A DNA stretch of 64,000 bases from an uncultured Planctomycetaceae bacterium (GCA_963833985.1 CAWIAD010000002.1:3648001-3712000), one strand, 5' to 3'; shown: positions 29,915-40,300, counted from the stretch's first letter. Program-made: numbers and translations. Notes: generated by a model from the letters alone, not told the origin.

Positions 29915-30382
29915 CTAAACAGGCTCAGTGGGGTTCCTCTTGCTCCACCGGTGGCAGATCCAGCCAGCAACCAAAGCCGGGATCAATTGGAGCATCGTCA
30001 AATAAGCCATAGCTATTCCAAACCTACAGATGTAATCAGCAGCAGACTGCTGAGAAGTAATGGCTCTCACCACTGGACCAAGGGTGCGGCTCAAGTGCTG
30101 GTCGAGGGAGATGGGAGCCTGGAAACAGACGGCAACATAAACCAGGAGACCAATCCAGCCAACGACCTCAATCCCCGCGAGAAAAGAGAGCGGCTTGTCC
30201 CTTCGTTTTCGCCGTCCAAACAAGACCAGCAGCCCGATGACCAGGACGATCTGAAACGGCAATCCGCCGAAGACAAGGGGATAGAGGACCAGATCAGGCA
30301 AGCCCCGGATCGCCAGACAATCCACGGCGACGATGGCGACGATCACCATGATCTCAGCGATCGAGATCCGAGGGGGTCTCAC
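29915..30382 (-). CDS. Membrane protein with Planctomycete-type N-terminus (inverted cargo)
   Basis: GGAGG RBS, GTG start; RISIAEIMVIVAIVAVD followed by TM helices. Confidence 0.65.
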   Translation of the reverse strand: MRPPRISIAEIMVIVAIVAVDCLAIRGLPDLVLYPLVFGGLPFQIVLVIGLLVLFGRRKRRDKPLSFLAGIEVVGWIGLLVYVAVCFQAPISLDQHLSRTLGPVVRAITSQQSAADYICRFGIAMAYLTMLQLIPALVAGWICHRWSKRNPTEPV

Positions 30383-30512
30383 GGCAATCCCTCCCTTTCG
30401 TCCATCCGGCACGCTTTCGACCAACACATCGTAACCCGCACGGGCACCTCCTGCACCCGACACCGCCGAGACGAATGTGAAATCAACGCCCTCAAACGTG
30501 AAAGGAAGATGT

Positions 30513-30764
30513 ATGACCGACCCAACCGAGGACATCCGGCGTCAGATGCTCGCCGAGATCAACGCCGCCCCCGGCTCCAGGGAGTATCTGGAGCACAAGC
30601 ACGGTCAGGTCTGGGATACCCAGCAATTGTCTGATGACTTCGAGGTGCTGGGGTTCGCCGCCCCGCTCGTCGTCGTGAAAAGGAAGAGCGACGGGCAGAA
30701 GGGGAGCCTCTGCTTCCAGGGCTCTCCCCGGTTCTACTTCGGGTTTGAGGCGCACAAGCCGTGA
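30513..30764 (+). CDS. Small hypothetical protein (83 aa)
   Basis: MTDPTEDIRR..., motif-led; its stop codon is the TGA of the next motif. Confidence 0.7.
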   Translation: MTDPTEDIRRQMLAEINAAPGSREYLEHKHGQVWDTQQLSDDFEVLGFAAPLVVVKRKSDGQKGSLCFQGSPRFYFGFEAHKP

Positions 30765-30815
30765 CACCGCCGAAGGGGGCGTTGAGAACGACGCCCCTTT
30801 CCCGGAGGAAGACCG

Positions 30816-31037
30816 ATGGCAGTGGCACTCCTGACAACCAGCGCAGTCGAGTCGATCCTGCGTGACGCAGTGGACAAAGGCTGTTACGTGGAACACAGCA
30901 AGTCTGATGGGACAGCCAAAGCGTTCCACAGTGGTGACTTGGTGTTCCAGTCCATCCAGAAGGGTAAAGACGGACCCTGGATCTGCCGGTTCGTCAACAC
31001 GGAACATATCACCTGGACCAGCACGACCGAAGACTGA
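30816..31037 (+). CDS. Small hypothetical protein (73 aa)
   Basis: GGAGG RBS; its stop codon is the TGA of the next motif. Confidence 0.65.
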   Translation: MAVALLTTSAVESILRDAVDKGCYVEHSKSDGTAKAFHSGDLVFQSIQKGKDGPWICRFVNTEHITWTSTTED

Positions 31038-31139
31038 CACCGACGACAAGGGCGGGAAGGGACGCCTGCCCCAATCAATTCCCAGAAGGGGTCGTCCACG
31101 CAATGTTTCGCGCCTATTGGCTCTCTCGGAGATCCTGAC

Positions 31140-31874
31140 ATGCCCGAAAACCCCTCCGATGACATGACTCACAATGCAAAGCCGAAATCATCCGAGGCTC
31201 AACTCGTCTCCAGGATTACCCGCCTGGTCAAGAAGGAGGGCTTGGACTACGAGGGCTGGCGGTATGTAAGCAAGAGGGTGCGGCGGCTCTGTGACCTGCG
31301 ACCCGAGAAGAAAGGGCGTCGGCTGCCCCGAATCTTGACCACCGAGGAGTTCAGGAGGTTCTATCAGATCGTGGACCGTGCCCAGGACGTTCAGCACTGC
31401 CTGATGCTCAGGCTCTTGTTCTTCACGGCAGTAAGGGTCAGTGAACTCTGCAACATCGGAGTTTCCGAAGTTGATATCGAGGCGTGCAAGATCAGGATCA
31501 ACCAGGGCAAGGGCTCCAAGGATCGCTACGTCCTCTTCGGCAAGTCCTTCGCCACGGCGCTGCGAACGCATATAGCAGCCCACCCGAACAACCGCTGGCT
31601 CTTCCAGACCCAAAGGCACGGCAAGTTCAGCACGAGGAGGGTGCAGCAGATCGTCTCCAAGTACGCCGAGGAGGCGGGAGTCAAAGCTACCCCTCACACC
31701 TTCCGGCACCAGGCGATTACCTGGTTGACTCGCCATTCAGGGCTTGCTGACGCTGAGCTTCAACTGATCACCGGTCATGCCCGCAGAGAGACCCTTGCTG
31801 TCTACCAGCACATGGCTCTCGATGGTGATTTGGAGGCAAAGTATCAGTCGTCCATGAAAGAGATCGAACTTTGA
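31140..31874 (+). CDS. Small XerC/D-like tyrosine recombinase
   Basis: Catalytic set R (AVRVSEL), K (GKGSKDR), HxxR (HTFRH), H (TGH) and Y (AVY). No N-terminal arm-binding domain. Confidence 0.92.
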   Translation: MPENPSDDMTHNAKPKSSEAQLVSRITRLVKKEGLDYEGWRYVSKRVRRLCDLRPEKKGRRLPRILTTEEFRRFYQIVDRAQDVQHCLMLRLLFFTAVRVSELCNIGVSEVDIEACKIRINQGKGSKDRYVLFGKSFATALRTHIAAHPNNRWLFQTQRHGKFSTRRVQQIVSKYAEEAGVKATPHTFRHQAITWLTRHSGLADAELQLITGHARRETLAVYQHMALDGDLEAKYQSSMKEIEL

Positions 31875-31973
31875 CGATGTACAAAAGTGGGACGGCGAAA
31901 CGCTCGATCGGCTGACACCGCCTAGCGGGCTCCGGAGAACGACCCTCAGCACCCCTCACCGGGAAACTCAGCC

Positions 31974-32115
31974 GTGTATTTCCTGACCCTAACGCCAGAC
32001 GAGCGGCGGGCATTTGATTGGGTAGGCTCTCGCTATAACTCGGGCAAGGTCGCCGACCTATTGCTCAATTGCCTGCCGGAAGATCGTGTGTGGGGCGAAG
32101 ACGCTGATGCTACGT
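31974..32115 (+). pseudogene. Probable truncated motif-led small gene
   Basis: MYFLTLTPDERRAFDW... becomes non-protein-like where it meets the inverted thioesterase. Confidence 0.4.
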
Positions 32116-32196
32116 CGCCCAGCGGGTCCACCTGGTCTGTGAGTTGGAGCCTGCCAAGAAGGGGCGCAGACTGCCCCGTGTGGCTAACCGTGCTTC

Positions 32197-32706
32197 CTAC
32201 TGATGCTCCGCTTTCGCCGTCCGATTCAAGTAAGGTCGCATCTCCGCTTCTAGTTGCTTCCCGAACTGCATCAGCCGTTCGGCATACGAATGTAAGCTCT
32301 TGTCGTCTTCGGCGTGAGGTACCCACTGGGGCACTTCCAGAGATAACCCTTTCTCATCCAACGCCACGAACACTATCACACAGTGAGTCGTCGGGATGAA
32401 TTGCCGATCTTTCGGATCGCCGCTCCGCACATTCACCGCAATATGCATGCTCGATCGCCCCGTATAGATCAGTTGAGCATGTACCTCCACAATACTCCCA
32501 ATATGTATGGGTTTATAGAAGCGAATGCCGCCGACATACACAGTGGCACACGGATACCCGCTCCACCCTGCGGCACAGACATACCCTGCTTCATCCATTT
32601 ATTTCATTACCGCCCCACCGTAAACCTTCCCTAAGATGTTTATGTCGGTCGGTGCGGCAAAGAATCGCAAGGTGATTTCTCGAACCCGTTCAGAAGCTTG
32701 TGTCAT
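32197..32706 (-). pseudogene. YciA-like acyl-CoA thioesterase with an in-frame stop
   Basis: TLRFFAAPTDIN..GKVYGGAVMK*MDEAGY, TGRSSM and VFVALD; TAA at 32599-32601. Confidence 0.85.
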
Positions 32707-32875
32707 GGAACTTACCTTATGCTCATGTCCGAAGCCTACTGGCTGAGCAAAACGACGTGCGGCAATGTCAGAAGGCGTCCGACGATGGAGATTGTGTCCC
32801 GCAGATCCCCACAGCGAATCACCTCAAAGGTTGATCTATGACATTTCCGCTGATCGATGGCACTCCCGTCGATAA

Positions 32876-33079
32876 CTACCCTTCGGTCGATGGCGTAACA
32901 ACGGATTCTCTCTGCTCCACTCGACGGATCGCCTCGTAGACCTCTCGCCTGTGGACCGTCACTCCCTTTGGGTGCTCAACCCCAAGCCGCACCTTGTCAC
33001 CCCTGATCTCGATCACCGTGAGGATGATGTCGTCGCTGATGACGACGCTCTCGCCTATCTTCCGGGGGAGCACGATCAC
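32876..33079 (-). CDS. csrA: Carbon storage regulator CsrA/RsmA
   Basis: MIVLPRKIGESVVI...DKVRLGVEHPKGVTVHRREVY; AAGGAGG RBS and GTG start. Confidence 0.9.
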   Translation of the reverse strand: MIVLPRKIGESVVISDDIILTVIEIRGDKVRLGVEHPKGVTVHRREVYEAIRRVEQRESVVTPSTEG

Positions 33080-33322
33080 GGCTGAACCTCCTTGATGGGT
33101 CTCTTGGATGGGAGAGTCCCGATCCCTCAGCAACCAGCCGGAAATAGAGTTGATACGCCGCGAATCTGACCATTCCTCGACCTTGCTGTCAATGCTATCC
33201 ACGTGCCCAGAGCGCCACCATATCCGATCCCTTTTTCTTATGTCCCTACGTTAGCATCTCCTGACACCGCCGAACTGGTCGTAAAAATAACCCATCCGGC
33301 AATAAGATCAGGAGATCCAGCG

Positions 33323-33781
33323 ATGACCACGACCCAAGAAGCACAAGCGCGATTCGTTGAGGTGGCGTATCCGAGGGCGTTGAAAGCAGTCCATCAGGCA
33401 TTCAAGTATTGGCACATTAAGAAGCGGCAGGATGCTGTCCAGGAATGCCTTGCGAAAATGTGGGATCAGTGGATTAGGTTGGTGAACAAAGGACGAAACC
33501 CGGAGCCAATGCTCGGACGCCTAATTTACTGGTCAATCCTCTGGGTTCGATACGATCGACGCATCGCAGGCAGAGCCCGCAACATCGACGTGACCGATTT
33601 CAGATCAGGCATGAAGCAGCAACAAATCAGCAGCAGGGGCGAGGTCAGCCCCACTGATAGAAGCGATCAGATGAACGGCTGGATCAATTGGACCGTGAGC
33701 GCGAGAGCGGACGATCCGGCTCTTCTCGCCTCTTCATTGGAGGAAGTGGGGCTCACCCTGGAACAGTGGGTGCGTGTGTAG
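33323..33781 (+). CDS. Sigma-70 region-2-like protein apparently lacking the region-4 HTH
   Basis: RQDAVQECLAKMW resembles the ECF region 2.2 DxxQE motif. 152 aa, AGGAG RBS, motif 61 nt upstream. Confidence 0.5.
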   Translation: MTTTQEAQARFVEVAYPRALKAVHQAFKYWHIKKRQDAVQECLAKMWDQWIRLVNKGRNPEPMLGRLIYWSILWVRYDRRIAGRARNIDVTDFRSGMKQQQISSRGEVSPTDRSDQMNGWINWTVSARADDPALLASSLEEVGLTLEQWVRV

Positions 33782-34188
33782 GATGATCGTCACGGGGCGG
33801 TGGGATCACCTGCCGCCCCTGGCTGACAGGAGTGGAGCGGGAAATCTGGCTGCTGACTGACACCGACGAAATAGACGTGAGAGTTGTGAGGGGACGGTAA
33901 GGATGGGTTGGTTGCAGAGTTGTTAAAGCAACAATTCCAGGGTTTCTAATGAAAACTCGGTTCCATAGGCGGCGTGGGTGGAACAATACCGAGGGTGGTT
34001 TCATTTATTGTTACTTCGGAATCGGAGGATTCCCCCAGGGAGGCTGAAAAGATCGCCAGAAAGTCGAGGTCTGAAAATCGCCGTTGGGAAATCGGGGGCT
34101 GGCAGGGTTCGACTAAAGACCTCCCCACCCCTAGTCGGATCAATGTAGATCTCGATCCTCTCGTCGGGGATGGCAACTCTCTCTGTCT

Positions 34189-35295
34189 TTACTTCCCTCG
34201 TTTCCCAACTCGTCTTTCTAACTTTCGTGCGTTGGCGTTATCTGAGAGATGCCTGATGACAAGGTGATTGCAGGCGAGGTACGGCGGTGGCTGCCCAGAC
34301 CGTGGGCTATATGCCAAGAAAACCGTAGGCTCAATACGGTCTTTGGTAACCCGATCAATTAGTAGCGATGGGTGAGTGAAGACTTCCTTATCGGCGTAAG
34401 GGAGCACATGACCCTTTATAATTCTGACAGGTTTCCGCCAATGCACCCCGTCTTCCGACGTACTGAGAACCACACCACTATCCCGATGGTTATGGATGCA
34501 GTCCTCGTATCCGAAGACCATCACGTATCTCTGCCATTGGCTGGCGAACTGAACGCTCGGTACAACGCACCAATCGGGATGCTCATCAAAAATAGGCGTG
34601 GAATGACCAGGGACACCAGGCTCGGTAAAGTTGCCATTGAAGTACTTATGCCATGCCTGCGGGTTATCAGCGTCATCGAGGGGCGCTTCCGCTAGATCGA
34701 TCGTGGAATACATATCGGGCGTATCATGCCAGTGTCCGAAGTAACAACGGGCAAACTTCCGGTCACCAGTGATGACGATTGTGGGCTCACCCGTTCCCTG
34801 ACATCGCCCATTATCGCCGACTGGTTTGTCGTCGGCTCGGTGTTTGGGAGTGTCGTCGGTGATGATAGCGTGACGGGTTCCCCGCTTCAAATCGACCACG
34901 CCCACAGAAGCATAGAAGCCGGGTATCTTCCCGCTCATGATACCCATATCGCGAGCATCCTCGGCGTGGTAGAACCCCAAGAATCGGTTGCGATCCCGGA
35001 TAACGCCAGCGATCCCAGCATACCCATTGTCGAAGCCATCTCCGGGTGCGAGCAATTGCTCTAAGCGGACAGTGGAAGACCATGAGTCCCCGCCATAGAG
35101 ATAGCTTCCGCCCAATGCCAAGATGACGCGGATGGGATTACGCTCTAACACGACGATCGCCTGATCCGGGATGCCTCTTTCTGGCGACATAAGATCAATT
35201 CGTCGCCCAACGGTTACACTCACCTCGGGCGGGGGCATCTTTTCAAAAGGTGCAGCGGTGGCAAGACTCAGTGCCAGGACGATTGTGCAGATCAT
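34189..35295 (-). CDS. Secreted five-bladed beta-propeller glycosidase-like protein
   Basis: Signal peptide; GFYHAE, GEPTI and STSEDGVHW (Asp-box-like). Confidence 0.6.
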   Translation of the reverse strand: MICTIVLALSLATAAPFEKMPPPEVSVTVGRRIDLMSPERGIPDQAIVVLERNPIRVILALGGSYLYGGDSWSSTVRLEQLLAPGDGFDNGYAGIAGVIRDRNRFLGFYHAEDARDMGIMSGKIPGFYASVGVVDLKRGTRHAIITDDTPKHRADDKPVGDNGRCQGTGEPTIVITGDRKFARCYFGHWHDTPDMYSTIDLAEAPLDDADNPQAWHKYFNGNFTEPGVPGHSTPIFDEHPDWCVVPSVQFASQWQRYVMVFGYEDCIHNHRDSGVVLSTSEDGVHWRKPVRIIKGHVLPYADKEVFTHPSLLIDRVTKDRIEPTVFLAYSPRSGQPPPYLACNHLVIRHLSDNANARKLERRVGKRGK

Positions 35296-35609
35296 GATGC
35301 ATCCGGTTGTAAGAGATTTGAGTTTAGCGTCATCCACAAAGGCGTCGGCACGACACTGATAACCGTCGCAGAGTCGTATGTCGCGCCGGTTTCCCAGTCG
35401 CGGTGCGCCGGGTGACCCCCGAAGTCGTGACCGTAGCAGCCGTTGAGCCAAGCCAGGTTCATCCCGCGTACGGGCTGGTACTTCCCGTCGATCTTGAGGA
35501 GACGGGTCACCGGAGAGGGTCGAGCCTGGACCCTGTTGCTGCTCTGCACATAGAGGGGATTGGTACCTATGAGCAATAGGACTAACAACATGAACTTTCT
35601 CATCATCAT
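35292..35609 (-). pseudogene. N-terminal remnant paralogous to the GH5-like gene at 40739-41842
   Basis: LLKIDGKYQPVRGMNLAWLNGCYGHDFG versus LLKLDGRPQPIRGINLAWLNGSYGHDFG, then truncated. Confidence 0.8.
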
Positions 35610-35732
35610 TCTCCTTCGATGCTCAACATGGTCGGCCCACCTCAATACAATTCCCCGTCGCATGAGTTGTTCTTGATCTAAGTTGCCACAGGCGGCTCTC
35701 GGCGAATAGGTATTCGGGCATGACGGTCTCCG

Positions 35733-37157
35733 TCAATTGGGAACAGGATAGAGCTTGATCGTAATGGGCTGCTCTGAGCCAAATACTTCGGAGCCCCAAT
35801 CAGCGCTAGTGGCTTCGGGGATGTGTCCGCTGTAGGGCTGACGGTTGCCGTCTTGGATCAGCGGCGGTACTAGAGGCACGCCATTCTGCGTTGTCTGCAT
35901 TAGCGCTAAGCCCGTTGCACTGGTGCCGGTACACTTGGAGCTGGTACCATCGAGCACATAGCGGTAGTCGTAGACTACATCACTATTGGTTACCTTACCC
36001 GGCTCATAGGAGTTGGTGTGGGTCTCCCAGCGCTCCAGTAGGCTCAAGTGGAATGATTTCTCGCCATTCCAGTTGATGCGCCATGAGTATTGGTCACGAG
36101 ACTGGTATGAGGGTGAGACCACGATATCCATCTGTAGGCGCTTATGCACACCGCCATTGGTGAACACGAGCAATTCTTCGTTGTTACGGTAGCGATCGAC
36201 GTGGAAAGCTTGTGATTTGAAGTAGCCGAAGACACCCACGACTTGTTCTCCAGCAAGTGTTACATATAATTCGCAACCATAAGAGACATTGTGTGTGGCG
36301 TCATCTTTCGCGCCTATTTGTACGTAGTAGAGTCGCTGACCAGGCTGGACATGATCCGCTAGCGATTTGCGTAACAGGGCATTGCTGGCGGCTGGACCGG
36401 GATAGGGCTCAGGCGTAAGAACGGGTAGTGCTGGGGTCTGTGTTGGTGATGGTGTTGGTGTTATCGGTCTAGCCAAATCCCGGACCATGAGGCAAGTTTC
36501 AGTACCGATGTTCTCGCCGTCAGTATAGCAGACTTTGATGAGTTGACCAGTCTCGGGGTAGTGCATCATCTCATCATAGTGAACTACGCGAGCATGAGTT
36601 ATTTGTGTCGTAGTGACGACATATCTGCTCTTACCGTGGTGCGCATATTCCGAGAGGGGACTGTAGTAGGTCACTGTGGTTCGTGGTATACCGACCGGAA
36701 TTGTGATGATGTCGCCGATTCTGTATTTGCCGTCGTTTGTTCCGAATTGAGGACGCGGTGACGCCGGAACAGCAAGTGCCGGGTCATGAGCAATTCTCTC
36801 TGGTTCTGATCGATGGGATAAGGCGATTAGTGTGAGCAAACCACAAACACCGGTCCAAACCCACCGCTGACTCTTGGAGCAATGAGGTTTAGTCCAGGCG
36901 AGGAACAATAGGAGCGGAGGAACCATTATGCTTAGCGCCATGACGGCGGGGTGGTGATACCACCGGTTAGTCTCTTGCGGGAGCGGCGGCGGCTGCACTG
37001 GCAGTTCTGGTAGCTCTGGCGGCTTGGAGGACCGGGTGGGCGGCGCATGCAATTGCCAGGTGCAGCCGCCTCGCTTGCACGTGAGCTTGCTGCCGACCGG
37101 AATGTTGAGTTGGGTGGTCCCGGTGTGCTTGCAATTGGGACACGTGATCGGGGTCAT
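35733..37157 (-). CDS. Zn-ribbon, Pro-rich, membrane-anchored hypothetical protein
   Basis: MTPITCPNC...CKRGGC, two TM helices; AAGGAG RBS. Confidence 0.7.
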   Translation of the reverse strand: MTPITCPNCKHTGTTQLNIPVGSKLTCKRGGCTWQLHAPPTRSSKPPELPELPVQPPPLPQETNRWYHHPAVMALSIMVPPLLLFLAWTKPHCSKSQRWVWTGVCGLLTLIALSHRSEPERIAHDPALAVPASPRPQFGTNDGKYRIGDIITIPVGIPRTTVTYYSPLSEYAHHGKSRYVVTTTQITHARVVHYDEMMHYPETGQLIKVCYTDGENIGTETCLMVRDLARPITPTPSPTQTPALPVLTPEPYPGPAASNALLRKSLADHVQPGQRLYYVQIGAKDDATHNVSYGCELYVTLAGEQVVGVFGYFKSQAFHVDRYRNNEELLVFTNGGVHKRLQMDIVVSPSYQSRDQYSWRINWNGEKSFHLSLLERWETHTNSYEPGKVTNSDVVYDYRYVLDGTSSKCTGTSATGLALMQTTQNGVPLVPPLIQDGNRQPYSGHIPEATSADWGSEVFGSEQPITIKLYPVPN

Positions 37158-37354
37158 GAGAGTGCTCCTTCGCACTAGTCATTTGTCATGGTTCACGCTG
37201 CTTGGATAACAAGTCAGCCGGATCACGTTGCACGAGATCCTCGGACAGACTCGTACATCAAGTCGGCTTCGATCGGTGGGAATACTTGTCACACTGGGTG
37301 ACAACACCCCGCAGTTCATGAGGCTCTCGGCTCATAAGCCGAGGACAAGAATGC

Positions 37355-40300
37355 CTAATCCATGACCGTAATCACCCTTTCTTCACCGCCTCGAAGTAAG
37401 GTCAGCCGAAGGTCCGGCTTGATGCCCAACTCAATGGCGATTCCCGGCAATTGTGAGGAGTCGTGACAGACGGGAATCCGCTTCTCGTCAATTACGATGA
37501 GCATGTCACCGACCTTCATACCTGCGGCAGCGGCAAGTCCGTCCGGTTCGACCCTATCGACAACGACTTGCCCGCGATCGACCCTCAATCCGAGTCCGAG
37601 GGGACGGTCTCTTCGTGCTTTGAGAACCACGTTGCAGATGGACCCAGAGGGTGGTGGACCACCCTTCTTCGAGGGAAAGAACAAGGCATCCAGGGTCATC
37701 AGTTTTGCCAATTGCTGCTGCGTCTGCGGTAACAGAAGGCGCACCTCGTCAGGTCGGGACAGTTGGATCGTTCTATCGACCATCACGGATTTCTGGTCCC
37801 GTCCATTAGCTACCCCGACATCACTGCCAGCCACTCGCAGCGTGGCACTTTCCCGCAGACCGTCCTGTGACTGTAAGTTCAGTGTGACGACGGATGACCC
37901 CGAGACGAACTGGACACCGAGTTGTGCATCCGCGAACTCCGTGATGTCTAGGCTCAATGTGCAGGGGAAGCGGAAGGCTCTTGGGTAGACAAGCAGACCA
38001 GCGGGCTGCTTCGGGTCGGATGCATGGACGACGAGTGAGGCTCGCTCTTGAATTCCCGACTTTTCTTGGGTCGTTCTTGTGGAAAACCAGTTAGTGACCG
38101 GAGTAAGAGCATCTGCCGATAGCTTCGCCTCATCAGGGATCGACCGACCCAGGATCACCCGGCATTCACCTTCCTTGGATACCGTAATGCGTAGTCTGAC
38201 CGGCTCAGGCTTGGGACTATCCTCACTGATGCGAAGGATCACTCCCATCGGGAGGTCAGGGCGCTGCTCGTGATAGTAGTGGAACTCATTGTCACCTGGA
38301 CGGAGAAACTTGGTCACGTCGAGGTAGCGCTTCAGATCGGCTCTCTTGTAATCGTTGGTTTCCTCATAAGCGGTCCCCTTCGTATAGTCTTGGAAGACAA
38401 ATATATTCGGAGGCTTCCCATTGAGGAATTTGACCACGTTCTTCCCATTGATCTGAAGGTGACCTTCCCAGGCAGCATTGAGTGTCTGATCGCTCAAGTC
38501 GCCTCGATAGAAGGCAATCTCAGCCTTCGTGAATTGCTGCGGCATGGCGACGTTCCAGGTGCGTCCGCTCTTGGTCAACGTAAATGAGCCCAAATCCTTC
38601 ACGGCGGGCGAAGATCCAGTCGGTGTGACTGGATTCGCTTGCCGACTAATCACTCCCCGCATCCTCAATAGCCTAATCACCTTGTCATTCCTCGCCAGGG
38701 CACATAGCCGACCACTAGCCGAAAGCGCCAAAGAAAGGATGGGAGCCGTTTCGTCGCCGTATTCAAACACCTGCTCACCGGTCTTGGCGTCCCACAGACG
38801 GAGGGTCTTGTCCGTGGAACCCGATAGAAGATACCTGCCGTCAGGAGTGTAGGCGACAGATCTAACATTTTTCGTGTGCTTCTTGAACGTGGTCACCTCC
38901 CTGGTGCTCTTCAGGTCGATAACTCTGACGACTTCTCCATCTCCGTATGCGATGTTTGAGCCATCGGGCGAGACAACGATGCTCCAAATGCAGAGCCTAT
39001 TTTGCCCTATTGCCGCTTTTCTTATGTACGGTCGCTGGCTGACATCCCAGACCCAGATCTCAGGAGGGAGTCCGGTCTTTATGGATGGCTTCCCCCTCGG
39101 TTCGGTGTTAAAGATGGCACCCTCGAAGAGCGACTTGCCATCGGGCGAATAAGCTAAAGACCAGATACCGTTGTTCTCGGAAGGAATCGTCGTCTTGATC
39201 GGGATTCTGGGATCGGTCAGATCCCAGAAATAGACCAAGCCATTGTCAATGTCCGCAGTCGCTAATGTCTTGCCATCGGGGCTGAATGCAATCGCAAGCA
39301 CGTCGTCGATGTGCTTTCTCAGGATGTGCAGCAATCTCGGTGGCGTCTTGCTGGCATCCCAGAGGACAATACGACCAGCGTTCCCCGCCGCCGCCAGCCA
39401 TTTCCCGTCCGGTGAGAAAGCGACTTTGTTCAACTCCTTCGGTGGCTCGGTCGATGACGTTGCCAAAGTGATCTGCGTGTTACCCGCTCGGTCTCCGTCG
39501 ATGTTCCAAAGTCGGACAGTCGAATCCGCAGAGGCACTCGCCAGCCATTTCCCGTCTGGACTGAATGCTACACTCATCACAAGTCCATTGTGTCCCTCAA
39601 GCCCTTGTATGCCTTCGATTGAAGGAACGCTGTCAGCAGGCGTCGGCGTCGAAGAGTTCTCCCGTTCAGCCGGGGCAAGAGCGACATGAGAGACTGCGTT
39701 CGTTACAGCAGTTTGAGCCCGCGCTTCTTCCGCAGGAGGAGTGGCAACCGTGGGTGGCGGTTCTGGTTCGGGCTTCGCCACAAGCGGTGCTATTGAGGGC
39801 TGGGATTGTGACGTTGGCTGATTTGCATCCTGGGCGTTGCGGCTCTGGTTGATCAGGAAGTACCCGCCTAGAAGGAGCCCGAGGCAGACAAGCCCCACCG
39901 CGATTGGCAGGATCGGCTGTCCACTTCGTCTCGCATGGATTCTCGGAAGAGGCGCTGGCACCGTCTCAGGTTTATAGCCGCTCGCGACCCCCAAAGCCTC
40001 TGGGGCTTCATCGTCACTAACGACTGGGCGTGACCGGTAGGTCTTGTCTACCGGCTTTCCGTCAGCAAAGATCTCCAGCTCTTCCTTGGCATCGGCTTTC
40101 CCCGCTCGTTTCCAGAAACGCTCATTTCCCAACTCGACTTCAGAAGTGAACGATGCCCGCTTGGCTTGAGAGGAAGGCACGGGGCGCGTGGGATCAATTA
40201 GGAGCATCTCCTGAACGTCCTCACTGGCTCCCTCCTGGTCGCCAATGGCACTACGGCATTCCGCCCGCACCGAGAAGGCGGCGGCATTGCGAGGTTCAAG

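Noticed and set aside
24321..31924. Motif array as a CRISPR or guide-RNA array
   Set aside because: The repeat core is only 12 bp, spacing is irregular (100-1400 bp), the intervals are genes, and there are no cas genes.
24321..31924. Classical integron with attC sites
   Set aside because: No RYYYAAC...GTTRRRY bracketed palindromes were seen, and the recombinase is short with no obvious IntI insertion.
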